A stretch of 64,000 nucleotides of DNA from contig CDMY01000463.1 in NCBI GenBank assembly GCA_001179505.1, positions 7,688-71,687 of the forward strand. Direction: 5' to 3'. Of the stretch, positions 13,000 through 24,829 are shown in pieces. Position 1 is the first letter of the stretch. Every line of letters begins with the position of its first letter. The notes under the pieces were generated by a model. That model searched no databases. It was not told the DNA's origin and saw only the letters and a list, made by a program, of their open reading frames with translations. The DNA comes from Vitrella brassicaformis CCMP3155. Lineage: Eukaryota > Protista > Chromerida. Made by a program: the position numbers and the translations under genes.

Positions 13000-13790
13000 A
13001 ACTTGTGGCCGATGTTCAAACGCATCAACAAGTTTAGCACATGATGGCTCCATGACGTGCAGGCAGAAGGAGAGGACCCTTGTGGAATTTGCATAGAGGC
13101 AAAAAGCAGCAAGCTGCCCCCCGTCAAGACGAGTGATCCATCCTCTGAGTGCACTGACCCGTTTGAGTTGGTTTACAGCGACATCTGTGGCACTCTGCTA
13201 CGGTCGAGTCCTCGGGGATATCGCTACTTCATCACCTTTGTGGATACGTACACTCAACGTGTGGCGGTGTATCCACTGAGATCACGTGACGAGTCGGCTG
13301 ATGCCTTGGTCAGGCTGTGCGCTACGATGAAGGTACCTGAAACACTTAGAACAGACTATGCACAGGAGCTGTCGACCGGTGCTTTTGAGCGTGTGTGTCT
13401 GGGGAAGGGTATTAAGCGTCAGTTTAGTGCACTATACTCACCGCGGCAGAATGGGATCGCTGAGCGCATGAACAGGACGCTGAATGAGATGGCGACAGCC
13501 TTCCTGCTACACCATCAAACCACCGTAGCGCTCTGGTCGTTCGCTGTTGACACAGCGGCATTTCTGACGAACCGATTACCCACAGCGAGCCTGAGAGACA
13601 GCAAGACACCGTACGAGATGTGGGAGGGCCGACGGCCCTACCTGGGACATGTGCGTGTGTGGGGCTGCCTTGGGTATGTGCATCGGAGAAAGAAACACCG
13701 AGACAATAAGTACTCACCGAAGTACTAATCGAAGGCGGTGCCGATGGTCTTGGTCGGTTACGATGCGCGGACGAAGGATGCTCACGTCTT
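13000..13790 (+). mobile_element. Ty1/Copia LTR-retrotransposon integrase relic (no gag, RT or LTR visible)
   Basis: ORF 13057-13728 has the CxxC of the Zn finger (CGIC), the DDE core (LVYSDICG, LRTDYAQE, PRQNGIAERMNRTL), LWSFAV, NRLPT, KTPYEMWEG and RVWGC. After an in-frame TAA at 13726-13728 it continues SKAVPMVLVGYD (Copia SH3-like). Intronless. Confidence 0.93.
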
Positions 13791-13799
13791 GAGGCGCAC

Positions 13800-14142
13800 T
13801 TGCTCCTCCCGCACCTTGGTCATGAGTGATGAGGATGGGGAGATGGAGGACCTAATGGACCGTTTGTTGTGGCGCCACCTGACACACACACACACAAACA
13901 CACACAGCTACAGGAGGCGCCGTCAATGGTCGGTGCGTCTTCAGAACATACCGGTGGATTCGGTGGCGGCGCGCCCTTGCATCCTGCACAGGTGGGGCAA
14001 GTAAGAGCGCACGTGTTACGTGTAGTGCAGAGGGGTATCGATAGGCGCTCGGGGCGATCCCTTCCGCCGCCAGGCTACGCCGAACGGACCTCACATCTCC
14101 AATATGTGGACGACGCAAGAGGCGCCGTTCTTCAAAACTCAC
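13800..14142 (-). pseudogene. Possible degenerate ankyrin-repeat-like gene fragment abutting the Copia relic
   Basis: MSFEERRLLRRPHIGDVRSVRRSLAAEGIAP...SALH|DARARRHRIHRYVL loosely resembles ankyrin consensus (GDxxxVRxLL, TALHxA). GT-AG introns with host-style TG repeats are present, but the frame closes early. Confidence 0.25.
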
Positions 14143-14249
14143 TCATAGCTCGCAATGGAAGCAGAGAGATCTTTCATCGCGAAGCCTCAGTATCATGTGC
14201 GGGCTGGCCCATGCACTTCGTGTAGGCCATCGTTTGTGGTTTCGATGAG

Positions 14250-15260
14250 ATGAGCATGAGCAGCGGTCGCCGTGACAGTTTGGGTGACCGCCTGCCCCGC
14301 CCGGTGCGCCGCGTGGCGCTTGACGAGCAGGAGGCCATCGACAGAGTGCTCATCTACGGGGCGGCCATCGGCATACACGCCGCACTCATCGCATGGGGAC
14401 TGCACCAAGACAAGACTCGTGAGTGGAGTGTGCGCGTGATAAACCACACACACTCACACAGACAGACGCAGACAGACAGAAGGAAGAAAGATGCACCCGA
14501 TGAGTTAACTGATGGGCATGTCATGTGATGTGTCGTGTGTGTGGTTGCCATTCCATGCAGTGTCGGTGCCGTACACCGACATCGACTACCACGTCTTCAG
14601 CGACGCCGCGCGGCACCTTTATGAGGGCGCTTCGCCGTACGAGCGGGAAACATACAGATACACACCCTTGCTGTAAGCAAGAGAAACCACACAGCCAAGC
14701 CGGACACGCAGATAGATGAGTCTGTGCATTGAATGCCTTGGCCTCTCTGGTGTGGTGTGCCTGTGTTCGGTGTGTCCATGATATGACTGCAGTGCGTGGC
14801 TGCTGGTGCCTGTGGTGTGGCACCCTCTCTTCGGCAAGGCCCTCTTCTGCCTTGCCAACCTTGTGTGCGCCGCACTCATCGAGGTCAGTCAGCACACACA
14901 AGGCAGGCCAAGGCAGTGCAGACCACCTGCAGGCACTTGTGCAGCCAACCAGCCAGCGATCGATCCATTCATCAATGTGTGTTGTGTTGTCCATCCATCC
15001 ATCCATCCCATCCATCAGCATGTGCTGCGTGCTCGCGGCGTCCGCGCTCGCCCCTCCCTGCTGCTGTCGTGTCTGTGGCTGATGAACCCCATACCGCTCA
15101 ACGTGGCCACCCGAGGCAGCTGCGACACTCTCACGTGTGCCATGATACTGGTGCTGGTGCGAGAACTGGTCGACATGAACCCCGCTGGCAAGAGGAGGGT
15201 TGGGTGCTCGTGGGCAGCTGTGAGGGCTGCTGTCGTGTAAGTAAGAGTCAGTGGGAAGCA

Positions 15261-15307
<47 letters not shown>

Positions 15308-16996
15308 GGGGGTGGATGGGTGTCTTTGGTGTGTGTGTCAATCAGCTACGGTTTTTTGGTTCATTGGCGGGTCTTCCCCGTGATATACGGACTGCCCATC
15401 CTGCTGCTGCTCAACCCTGACTACCTCTCCTGCAAATTTGTATGCACGCCCTGCGTTGGAGAGTGAATGATACACGTGTTTCCCTTGTCTGCCATGCCAT
15501 TGCCATGTCAGACGCGCCCTCTAGCTGTCGATACGCCCAAGCCGTCCGTCTCAGATATAGCCAAAGGCAACACAAAGGATGATCACGACAGCGGAGAGGA
15601 TGGCGATGGCAATGGCGATGGCGATGACGACATAGCAGAGGACATGTTTTCAGCCCGGAGAGGGTCCCTGCCGCCCGTCTTGTCGGTGGCGTCGCTCTTG
15701 CGGCTGAATGGCGATCAGATGGTGTTCGTCGCCATCAGCGGGGGGCTATTCCTTGCCTTGATGGCTGTCTTCTACTACTGGTAAACATGAGTACACACAA
15801 GGCAAGGCGCCGGAGGGGCCCGGCCCGGCCAGCTGTGTGTGTGCAGGTATGGGTGGGTGTTTGTGTACGAGACGTACCTCTATCATCTGGTGCGCTCCGA
15901 CCTGGCACACAACTTCTCGCCATACTTCTACATCGCCAGAATGATGCAGCCATACCCTACGCTCGCTAAGGTAGGCAAGACAAACACACACACACACACA
16001 CGAGGCAAACCTGGATGAAGGCATGGGCGTGTGTCTTGCCTTTGTGTGTGTGTGTGTGTGTGCGTGTGAGAGCATGCAGGTGGTGAGCATCGGTGTGTTT
16101 GTGCCTCAGTGGGCTGGTGCGTTGGTGCTGGGGGCCTACTACGCGCGCAAGAGGGTTGAGCTGGGGCTCTTCATGCAGGTAGGTCATCCAGTGAGTACCA
16201 GGCAGACACAGACAGACACACGGATGCGTGTGTGCAGGGTGAATGGATGGATGGATGGATTTGGCTCTGTGTGTGCACATTATGTGTGTGTGTGTGCTGC
16301 CATAGCTAGACGCTGTGGTTTGTGGCGCTCAATAAAGTCTGCACGGCACAGGTGTGGATGGATGGATGGATGGATGGCGGCCCACACCACACGCCATGCA
16401 GTCTGATGTCTGTCTGTCTGTGCTGTCTGGTGGTCACTCAGTATTTCCTGTGGTGGGGCTGCCTGATGCCGCTCGCCATCGCCTGTGTACCCGCCACACG
16501 AGTAAGCACAGAGGCAAGCACACAGAAGCCGATTGCAGCAAGCCATCCGTCCCCCTATGCTGTGTGTGTCTGTCAGCGTCGTGTGATCGAGCTGATTCTC
16601 CTGTGCGGCTTCTGGCTCGCCACCGAGGTGCCTACACACACAAACACACACAGAGAGAGAGAGAGAGATGAGTGCTGTCTGTGTGTTCATTCCCTCAGTT
16701 CCATTGGCTGGGCTGGGCATACAAGCTGGAGTTCCTTCGACAAGACGTGGCACTGCAGGTGTGTGTGTACTGCATGCAGTGTAGGCCAGCCACACACACA
16801 TCACATAACGATGCGTGTCTGTCTGTCTGTCCGTTTTGTGTGCGTATGTCTTCAGGTGTTTCTGGCGTCGCTGTTGTTCCTGTGTGCCAATTTGTGTGTG
16901 GTGTGGTTCTTCTGGCGCCACGCCCGTGCAGCCAACATCCACGTCAATTTCGTCGTCAGCGCCAGACCTTCTCTCGTGGCGAGAAAGTCATCATAG
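14250..16996 (+). CDS. PIGM: GPI alpha-1,4-mannosyltransferase I catalytic subunit (PIG-M/GPI14)
   Basis: Exons give [15 protein letters not shown]...[77 protein letters not shown] and [10 protein letters not shown], all hallmark PIG-M blocks. Confidence 0.95.
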
Positions 16997-17750
16997 CTAT
17001 GAGGTGACAGCCAAGCAGCCAGACAGGCAAGATGTCTGAGTGAGTGCTGCTGTCGTTTCTCTCGGTCGCTCTGTGTGCCGACGTCTCGGTCTGTGCTGGC
17101 GCGGTGTGGCGTGGTGTTGAGCATTCATTACTGATGGATGACACTTGGTTGACGGAGAACGTTATGTAGAATAAATGGGACCATCGACAGAGGACGCCGA
17201 TCGAACGATCGAGGGGGGCTGATGAAGATTCGTGATTCAATCCTATCTACCCGTGCTCAAACACACGCCGAGCCAGATCCAATCAATGGGTGCGCGCAGA
17301 CAAACGCGACGAGGGCAAGGGAAGGGCGGCGAATGCTGGATGATGGAAAGTGCTTGAAACGTGGCTGGCTGCTGGCGCGCCATGTCGATGCGCTGACATA
17401 TCTTGTTTAAAACAGTATATAGTGATACATACGATAACGCATAAGTTACCTACCGGCACGGGCGAGAAAAAAGACAGAAATGCAGAGAGACATACTGACT
17501 GTCATGGACTGACTGAGTGACTGACTGACTGACTGACAGACTGCGATAGATAGCTGACCCCACCACACACTCCCAACAGCGCGCGCACCACACACCGCAC
17601 ACCACACACTGCGCCTGTCTGTCAGCCAACCTGTTTCCCGACCTGGGGGGAACGACCTATACTACAAATACGCGGCCCACGCCACACCCACACCGATGCA
17701 CACGCAATGGCTGGCTGGCTGACGGTGTGCAGGTCAGGTCAGTCAGTCAG

Positions 17751-20149
17751 TCAGGTGGGCAGTGTGCTGAGTATTTCTTGGAGGTTTGGGTCGACCTCGG
17801 TCTTGTGTCTGATGGCGTCGCAGAGGACGAAGGCCGTGTCGCGGTCGAACAGGTCGGCGATGTAGATCAGCAGGTGGAAGTCGGCGTACCGGTGCCACGA
17901 CGGCTCGCTAGACGGTACCTTCTTCAAGTACTCCTGATAATGGACCGACCGATAGACCAACCGAAGGGCAGCATGGAAACGTGTTCGTGTGTGGCGCTCT
18001 CTCTCTCTCTGTGTCACTCTCTCTGTGAGTGTGTGTGTGGGTGTGGGTCGGTTGTGTGTGCTCACCCTGACGGCTGCCCTGCTCTGTGTCTCGTTGGGCT
18101 GTCGGTTCTCCCGCGGGAATATCGCGTGCTTGAACATCGAACGAGCCTGTGCACATGTTTCGATGGACAGACAGATGGCTGAACGCTTCTAGTGCTGGTC
18201 GGTCTGTCTGTCTGTCTGTCTGTCGTGTGTGGTATGCTTCGGTGCGTGTGTGCGTGTGTGTGTGTGTGTACCCGTCTAGGTGCAGATTCGTTGACCCTGA
18301 CGATGAGCCAGTCGACGTCGAACTTGTCAGTCTCGTGGCCCGACTCCAGAATCTGAGCCATGATCTCGTGCTGCACACATCACATCCATCCACCCACCAA
18401 TCAATCACACGACATTCAACACATACACACACGTCTGTCTGCCTTTCCTCTCTTATACATTCGCGTGTGTGCTTTGCCGTCCGCACCTTCTTCCTTGGCT
18501 TGAGTTGCAGGTGCCGGGGGTCGGGCGACATCCCCAACACGCCGTCACGCACAAACGCCATGCCCTGATCCACACCACACCACACAGACAGAGTGAGGTT
18601 TAGGAGCAAACCCGCCATTGACTGACACATGCTATGCAGCATCAGCTGACTATGGCGTGTGTGTGTGTCTACCAGGTCGGAGATCATGAATGCGTTGGGT
18701 GCGGCGCCGGCGGCCCCCATGGCCGAGTTGGGGTCGGGCGCGATGGTCAGCGTCACGAACTTGGACACGGGATAAGACGTGAAGTGCTTGTCGCTCAGAT
18801 GATCCAACTGCAGCCTGCCATGACATGACGCCGCATATACAACACACATGCCCACCCATCAAACACACACAGGACGGGATGTGCTGTGCTGGTACCAGCG
18901 TGGATAATGGGAGTGTCTGTCTGGGTGTGTTGACCCACTTACCGTGCGATTTTTTGTATCTCGTCTGAGGTGAGCAGCTCGTCTCTGGGGAGGTGTGTGA
19001 AGATGTAGCCGATGCGCTCGAGGCCCAGCCGACCGGCGACGGCCTCCACCGTGGCGTGGAAGGGGTCGTCCAGAAACTGGATGCCCTCACCCACCTCAAC
19101 CTTTTGATTGACACACCGAACCAACACCAACCACCCCCACACAGACACAGACACAGACACCCACCATACCATCCGCCGTTGACTGACATGGCTGTTCGGT
19201 TGGTTGTGTCACTCACTTACGGTGCCTGCCACCGTGCTGTGCTGTGCTCACCCACCTGTGGCGGCTCGTAGATGGCCTCGAGGACGGCGCGCATGCCCAT
19301 GGGGTAGTGACTGTCCTCGACGTAGTAGCCGTACAGCCAGCCGCCCCGCTGGGTGGCGAGCTCGCACTTGTCGGTCCAGTAGCTGCAGAAGTTCTGCATC
19401 TCGCTGATGTTCATCAGCTCGAGGTGGTCCACGTGGCGGTACGGCTGATGCTTCAGGGTCACTGCTGGCGGCAGCTGCAGTGTACCATACCCACCCCACA
19501 CACATACACAGAGGTGGCGGTGGTGGTGCTGGCTGGCTGACGTACCTACCTTTGTCATGCGTCCCATTTCCATGGTGATGGGTGTGAATGTGCGGTGGAA
19601 GGGCAGGTCGATGACGTTGTACCCGTTGTCGTGCAGAAACTGGTCAAAGTTCTTGAACTTGGGCTCGTCCTTCTTCTCACCATCCACACCACCACCACCA
19701 CCACCTCCCTGCGGCGGATGGCTCCCCCCCGACCCCACACTGTCCTGCCGCGACGCAGGCGCACTCGCCCCGCCCTCCTGTTTGCCCGCATCGGAGGCAC
19801 CGCCACCGCCTGTCTTGGATGCATCTTTGGGCGGCAGTGGCGGCAGGTCGTCGATCTTCATCTTGGCTGCCGGTGCAATGGCGTCCCCACGGATCTCCAC
19901 CTTGGCCCCGCCCGTCACCTTGAGCCAGAGGAGGTCGCCGTGCCGCACCCCGGCATGCGTCAGAGACGCATCGTCGGCCGCTGTGATGGGCTGGGTCAGC
20001 TGCTGGTTGGTGTGCAGCTCCTGCTGCGCTGGCTCGATGTGGCAGTGCTCGGCGATCTTCTGCCGCAGTGTGCCCACGGTGTCCGTCGCCTTGAGAGTCA
20101 GCCGCACCCTGCCGCCGGGCGAGTTGACGCGCAGAACGATGTCCGACAT
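17751..20149 (-). CDS. NPL4: Nuclear protein localization protein 4 (Ufd1-Npl4 cofactor of Cdc48/p97)
   Basis: N-terminal ubiquitin-like segment (MSDIVLRVNSPGG), then HQPYRHVDHLE, QRGGWLYGYY, AIYEPPQ, RIGYIFTH, SKFVT, AFMISDQGMAFVRDG, FPRENR and ADFHLLIYI. Confidence 0.93.
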
Positions 20150-20690
20150 CGGTCAAGGCGCTCTTCTCTCGCTGCTGTGTTGCTGATGCTGCAGGCAGAG
20201 CGGTCTTCAGGCGCTCATCATCGGGCTGCAGAGCAGTGGGCGACGGCAGATTGGGTGGGTGCGCCTTGTGCAGATACGGGTGGAGAGGACAGATTGAGTC
20301 TCGTGAAGATCGATCACAGATGCGTGTCTGGCGTTCACACACAAAGGGAAAACCCACAAGGAAATCAGGAAATTGCTCCTGTTTTGCAGCTGAGCTCGCA
20401 CACACTAGGACATTACGTGAAAGTGTTCTCCCAGGCAGGCTGTTCGAGAGAAACCACTCCTGGTGCTTTTTTGCGAAGATCAAGTCAGGAAGATCACCGG
20501 GAATCTACCTGACGCCGCATCAATCAACAGAATCCAAGACAGTCGAGGTGAGGGGCGGCACCATCTCACTACCCATCCACCTCCCAGATCAGCATCCGTC
20601 CAGTCCATGGATGGATCAGCATGCCCTCCACGTGTGTACACGGTGCCCACTGTGTGTGTGTCTTCAGATTGTCAGATCGTCACTCACCCC

Positions 20691-21380
20691 ATGTCCCATT
20701 ACCTACCCCCCGTCTAGTACGACCACCCCACCCAGCAGCAACCGGGGCTGCTCGGCCCCCCTACATCACCTCCCTGGGTGCAGCCACCACCTACCAGTGG
20801 CCTCCAGGCTCACCCGGTGATCCGTGCCCGCGCCCGCCCTCCCAAAAGAGCATCCTGCTGTGACATCCTGGACTGGTGCTGCTGCTGGGGGGAGTCTACA
20901 CCGCCCCAGACCCCCTTCCCCCCGTCCACCCCGCCGCTGTCGGACAATTATTCGGGCGGTGGTGAATTCGGGCACTGGCGGCGAGGGCAGACTCCACCGA
21001 TCTATCGGTCACCTTACTCGCCGTTGTCATCATCCGGACAACAGACGCCGGTCCGCTACCTCGGGGACATCGGCAATGTCACCCCCCGCAGCGCCGGCGG
21101 GCACTCAGTGACGCTCCCACCGGTTATCAGGCGTCTCCTGGAGCTTCAAGCTCAACAACCCCAAGTCGTCGCGTAAGTGCTCTAAATGTGACACATTGCC
21201 TTGGCCTATGTCATTTTTTGCGTGTGTGTGTGTATGTGTGTGTGTGTGTGTGTGTGGTTATTCAGTCCTTCCCCCCAGCCGTCGCGACAATCATCGCGAA
21301 AGAGCGTGCGGCAGCAGCAGCCGTTGACGTGGTGGGACATCCTATGCTGTGCCTGGGGGGCCAAGGAGACGACTGACTGA
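20691..21380 (+). CDS. Small Pro/Gln-rich protein with two Cys/Trp-rich motifs; in-frame TAG near the N-terminus (possible pseudogene or different 5' structure)
   Basis: The frame from ATG 20691 is open to donor gtaagt at about 21173 except for TAG 20715-20717. A phase-compatible acceptor at about 21266 adds ...QQQPLTWWDILCCAWGAKETTD*, echoing SCCDILDWCCCWGE in exon 1. Confidence 0.45.
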
Positions 21381-22530
21381 CTGACTGACTCTGTCGTTTT
21401 GGCCGGACTGTTGTGGTGCGGAGGGATTGAAGGCGGGTCTGTCTGGGGTAGGTTTGGTGGGCTGTGGGTGAGTCTTCTTCCCTGTTTGCTCTCTCCTCCC
21501 GAAGCTGCGTGGATGGCCATGCATGCCATTTGTGATCTGTGTGGGTGGCCGGCCACCTGTCTGTCTGTCTGTGGTTCCTTCCCCTTTCTCTGCCCTGCTG
21601 CCTACCTCTCCACCTCTTGTTCCCATCAGCAGTCTCATATGGCGGGGCAAACGTCGTGTGTGTCGGGTCGGTAAGGGTAAGAGGGCGCTGGTTGCACCCA
21701 CCGGGCTGGGCTTGGCGGCTGCTCGCCGATCTTCTGCAGTCAGTGTGCTGTCTGTGATGGCTCTCTTTGGTTTCGGCGCCTCATTTGTCTGTCTGTCTGC
21801 GCTTGCACGTGCGTGTGCCGGCAGCCCTCGTGGCTGCAACGCCACGCATTCATTCACTGCTGAGGGAGGGAGGGAGGGAGGGAGGGAGTGGCGGTGAGTG
21901 AGCGGAGGTCACTATTCTCTCCTATCACGCACTAGTTTGCGGCCAGGAACAGGTTCTTTTTCTTCGTGTGTTCGATCATAGGGATTGACTTCTGTGTCCT
22001 TCTCTTCTCTGAGTCGCAGTGCCCGATTTCTCGGTGAGCATCAGGGCTGCATTCATTTTGACTGCTTGGCTGTGCACGAGTTGCCTGGCCTTCATCTGCT
22101 CTGACTGTTTGGCCATGTGGGGAGTGAGTGGGTGCTGGGGAGGAAGGCGTGTGTGTTGGGAGAGAGGGGGCGGGGGGCGGGCGAGGGAGGGAGGGAGGGA
22201 AGAAGATGCGAAAGAAACGGAGAGTCTTGACTTCGTAACGAGTCACACTGTTCCGTAAACCAGGGGCTGGCTATTTTTTTTGTGTGTCTTCCTGATTTCT
22301 CGGGCTGCCTCAGGATGGCGATGCGTGTGTGGGAGACGCAGCGAATGGACTCATATACATTACATTAACGATACGCAGTCATCTCTCCGTGAATCAGTAC
22401 GAATCAGTCAATCGTCACACCCACACACCGCCATGCGGCAAGGAGGCAAAAAGAACCTGCTTGCCCCGTCCATGGACAGGCTCACACACGGGCACACAGC
22501 ACACGAAACTCATCGAATTGAATTGGTCAG

Positions 22531-24391
22531 TCAGCTGATGAAGGAAAAGTTGGTGGCGATCTTCTGGCAGACTGACGGATCACGAAGATCCACAGAAACA
22601 CACACACACAATCTTTTGTCTGTGGGGTTACGTGTGTGGATGGCTGCCTGTGTTGCGGGCTGACCGTGTTCGCCATACACCACGCCCTTTTCGCTCTTGC
22701 CGCCGGCCGCCCCGTCTGCCGATGTGATATAGGCGTCGAAGTTAGGCTCGTAAAAGACGACCACACTGGTGCGATACTGGCCGCCCCGGTTGACCACTCT
22801 GTGCGGCGTCGCCCGCCACTTGCCGCCTGAATGGCATGAGTGGAGAGAGAGACAGATCAATCAGATCGATGACAGACAGCGTCAAGTCAGACGAGAGAGA
22901 GGCGTCTTTTGTCCACCGCATAGTGTTGGAGTGTCGTTAGTTACCTGTCCATACGGACAGCATGTCTCCCAGGTTCACAACCAGTGTTCCTGCAGCCAGC
23001 CAGCCAACGAACAACCAATTCCAACGAGAAGAGAACCAATCAATCTGTACCGACGTGTGCGTCGGCACGGCATGAGTCACCTACCTTTCCGAGGCGTCAC
23101 ATCGACCCACTCGCCATGCAGCGTCTGCGCCTGGAGGGCGCCTGACAAACAAATAGCCCAATACACGCACGTATACGCACCCATTTCGAATGGTGAGGAT
23201 ATCACGCCACGCCTCCCTCTCTCGTTAGTTTCCCGTTGCTCACTTTGGGTGTCGTCCTGGTTGAGCAGCGTGACGAACCCTGAACGAGACAATCCTCCAT
23301 GAAGTGACCAAATCACAGCCGGCGCTTGCGCCACTCTCACGTACCGTAGTCTGACCACCAACAGACAGCACACACAGGCCGATGCGTGCAGAGCGTTCTC
23401 TCTCTCTCTCTCTCTTTCCTCCCTCCCTCCCTCCCTCACCAGTGTGTTCTCCGCAGCCCACTCCGTTCTGCATGCTGTCCCCTCCCTCACGCACACAGCA
23501 CGACGCGCCATCTTCAGGCGGGGGATACCCAATCACTCGCAGGCAAAAGAATGACTTGTCCGTTAGGCTGCTAAGCGCGTCCTCGGCCAGGCCAAGCGCC
23601 AGAGCCATGATGCGGACCAGCACGTCTCCAAGCTTGAGCATCTGTGCGATGTACTGTGTGTAGAGGGCCTCGAAGGAAGCGTCAGGCCACTGGTTTTTGC
23701 CCCTCACAAAGGCATCCTGATCACATCACACAGACGATAGACAGGCAAACAGGCATGACATAAAGCATCATCCATCCATCGTCCACCGATACCTCCCTCC
23801 CCCTCAAGGCATCGCCTCTCTGACCATTTTCTGCACGACATCGGTCCGCAGGTGCTGTGTGGGTATCCTGAGTGCCGCCACATCGTTTATTTCCCGCCAG
23901 ACGTCGAGCGCCTCGTGCAGATCCCTCCGGCCCTTGGTCACATTCTCCCCGACAGCCTGATAACCTGACACGCACGAAGACGCACAGACAGAGAGTGAGT
24001 GAGGAGTACAAACAGGCTGTCGACTGTATGTTGTCACCTCACCTCTGCCCATGTATTTGTTGTCGGCCATTTCGATGCGCATCTTGTCGTGCAGTGGCAG
24101 CTGGAAGAAGGCCTTGGCGCCTGCATGCACCTCCTCCAACAGACCCTCATCCACACCATGTCCTGCAGTGCACCACATAACAAGCAGAACAGGGAAGATG
24201 AATCAAAAGGCCTCTCTCTCCTTTGCCTGCACGCTATCGGCCGGCCCAAGCTTGCCTTTGATGTAGAAGAACCCCACCTCCCTGCAAGCGTTGTCTATCT
24301 CTGTGACCACTCGCTGGTGCGCATCGTCCTGGGATGATCCGTCGACGAACGGCGAGATGTCAATCGTGGGAATGGCGTCTTCTGCAGCCAT
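22531..24391 (-). CDS. 2-oxoglutarate/Fe(II)-dependent dioxygenase (isopenicillin N synthase-like, DIOX_N + 2OG-FeII_Oxy)
   Basis: IPTIDISPF...[12 protein letters not shown]|[40 protein letters not shown](D), [15 protein letters not shown] and [14 protein letters not shown]: the HxD...H facial triad plus the RxS motif. Confidence 0.93.
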
Positions 24392-24829
24392 CCCCCAAAG
24401 CGTCTGCTTCTTGATTGCTTTCCTTCGAGCTTGCACTTGACAAGATCGCGTGGCTCTTCGGCGGCCGTGCGTTCGCAGGAGTCTCGCTGTTCGATTTGTG
24501 CCGAGGTGGAATCGCCTTGCCCTTCTGTGTTCGTTTCACGCCGACCCGAACACAAAAAAGCTCCCCTCGCGCTAAGGGAGCGAGGGAGCCATCTCGGATG
24601 CGACGACGCATGCAAATCTAAAGATCGACTGACATGAAGCATCAGCCCATCCTCAGCTCTCCATGACACAAAGTTCTTCCACCCTTGCGCCCACCGATCG
24701 GCCCATCCATCCATCCATCCATCCATTCCATCCATCCATCCATCCATCCATCCATTCCATCCCAGTGCACATTCGTTCTCTCCAGCCACACCCAGACATC
24801 CACATCGAGTCAGTCACTCAGTCAGTCAG

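Noticed and set aside
19595-20512. Long plus-strand ORFs overlapping NPL4 (and similar antisense ORFs over other genes)
   Set aside because: Shadow ORFs caused by GC-rich codon bias on the opposite strand; no motifs.
832-20717. In-frame TAG codons at 832 and 20715 as evidence of stop-codon reassignment (TAG=Gln)
   Set aside because: TAG terminates apparently normal genes in the same window (3866, 16996, 33021), and the 832 gene also has a dead splice donor; nonsense mutations are the simpler explanation.
21342-21897. ORFs on both strands downstream of the small Cys-rich gene
   Set aside because: No motif, and no start or splice structure I could support.
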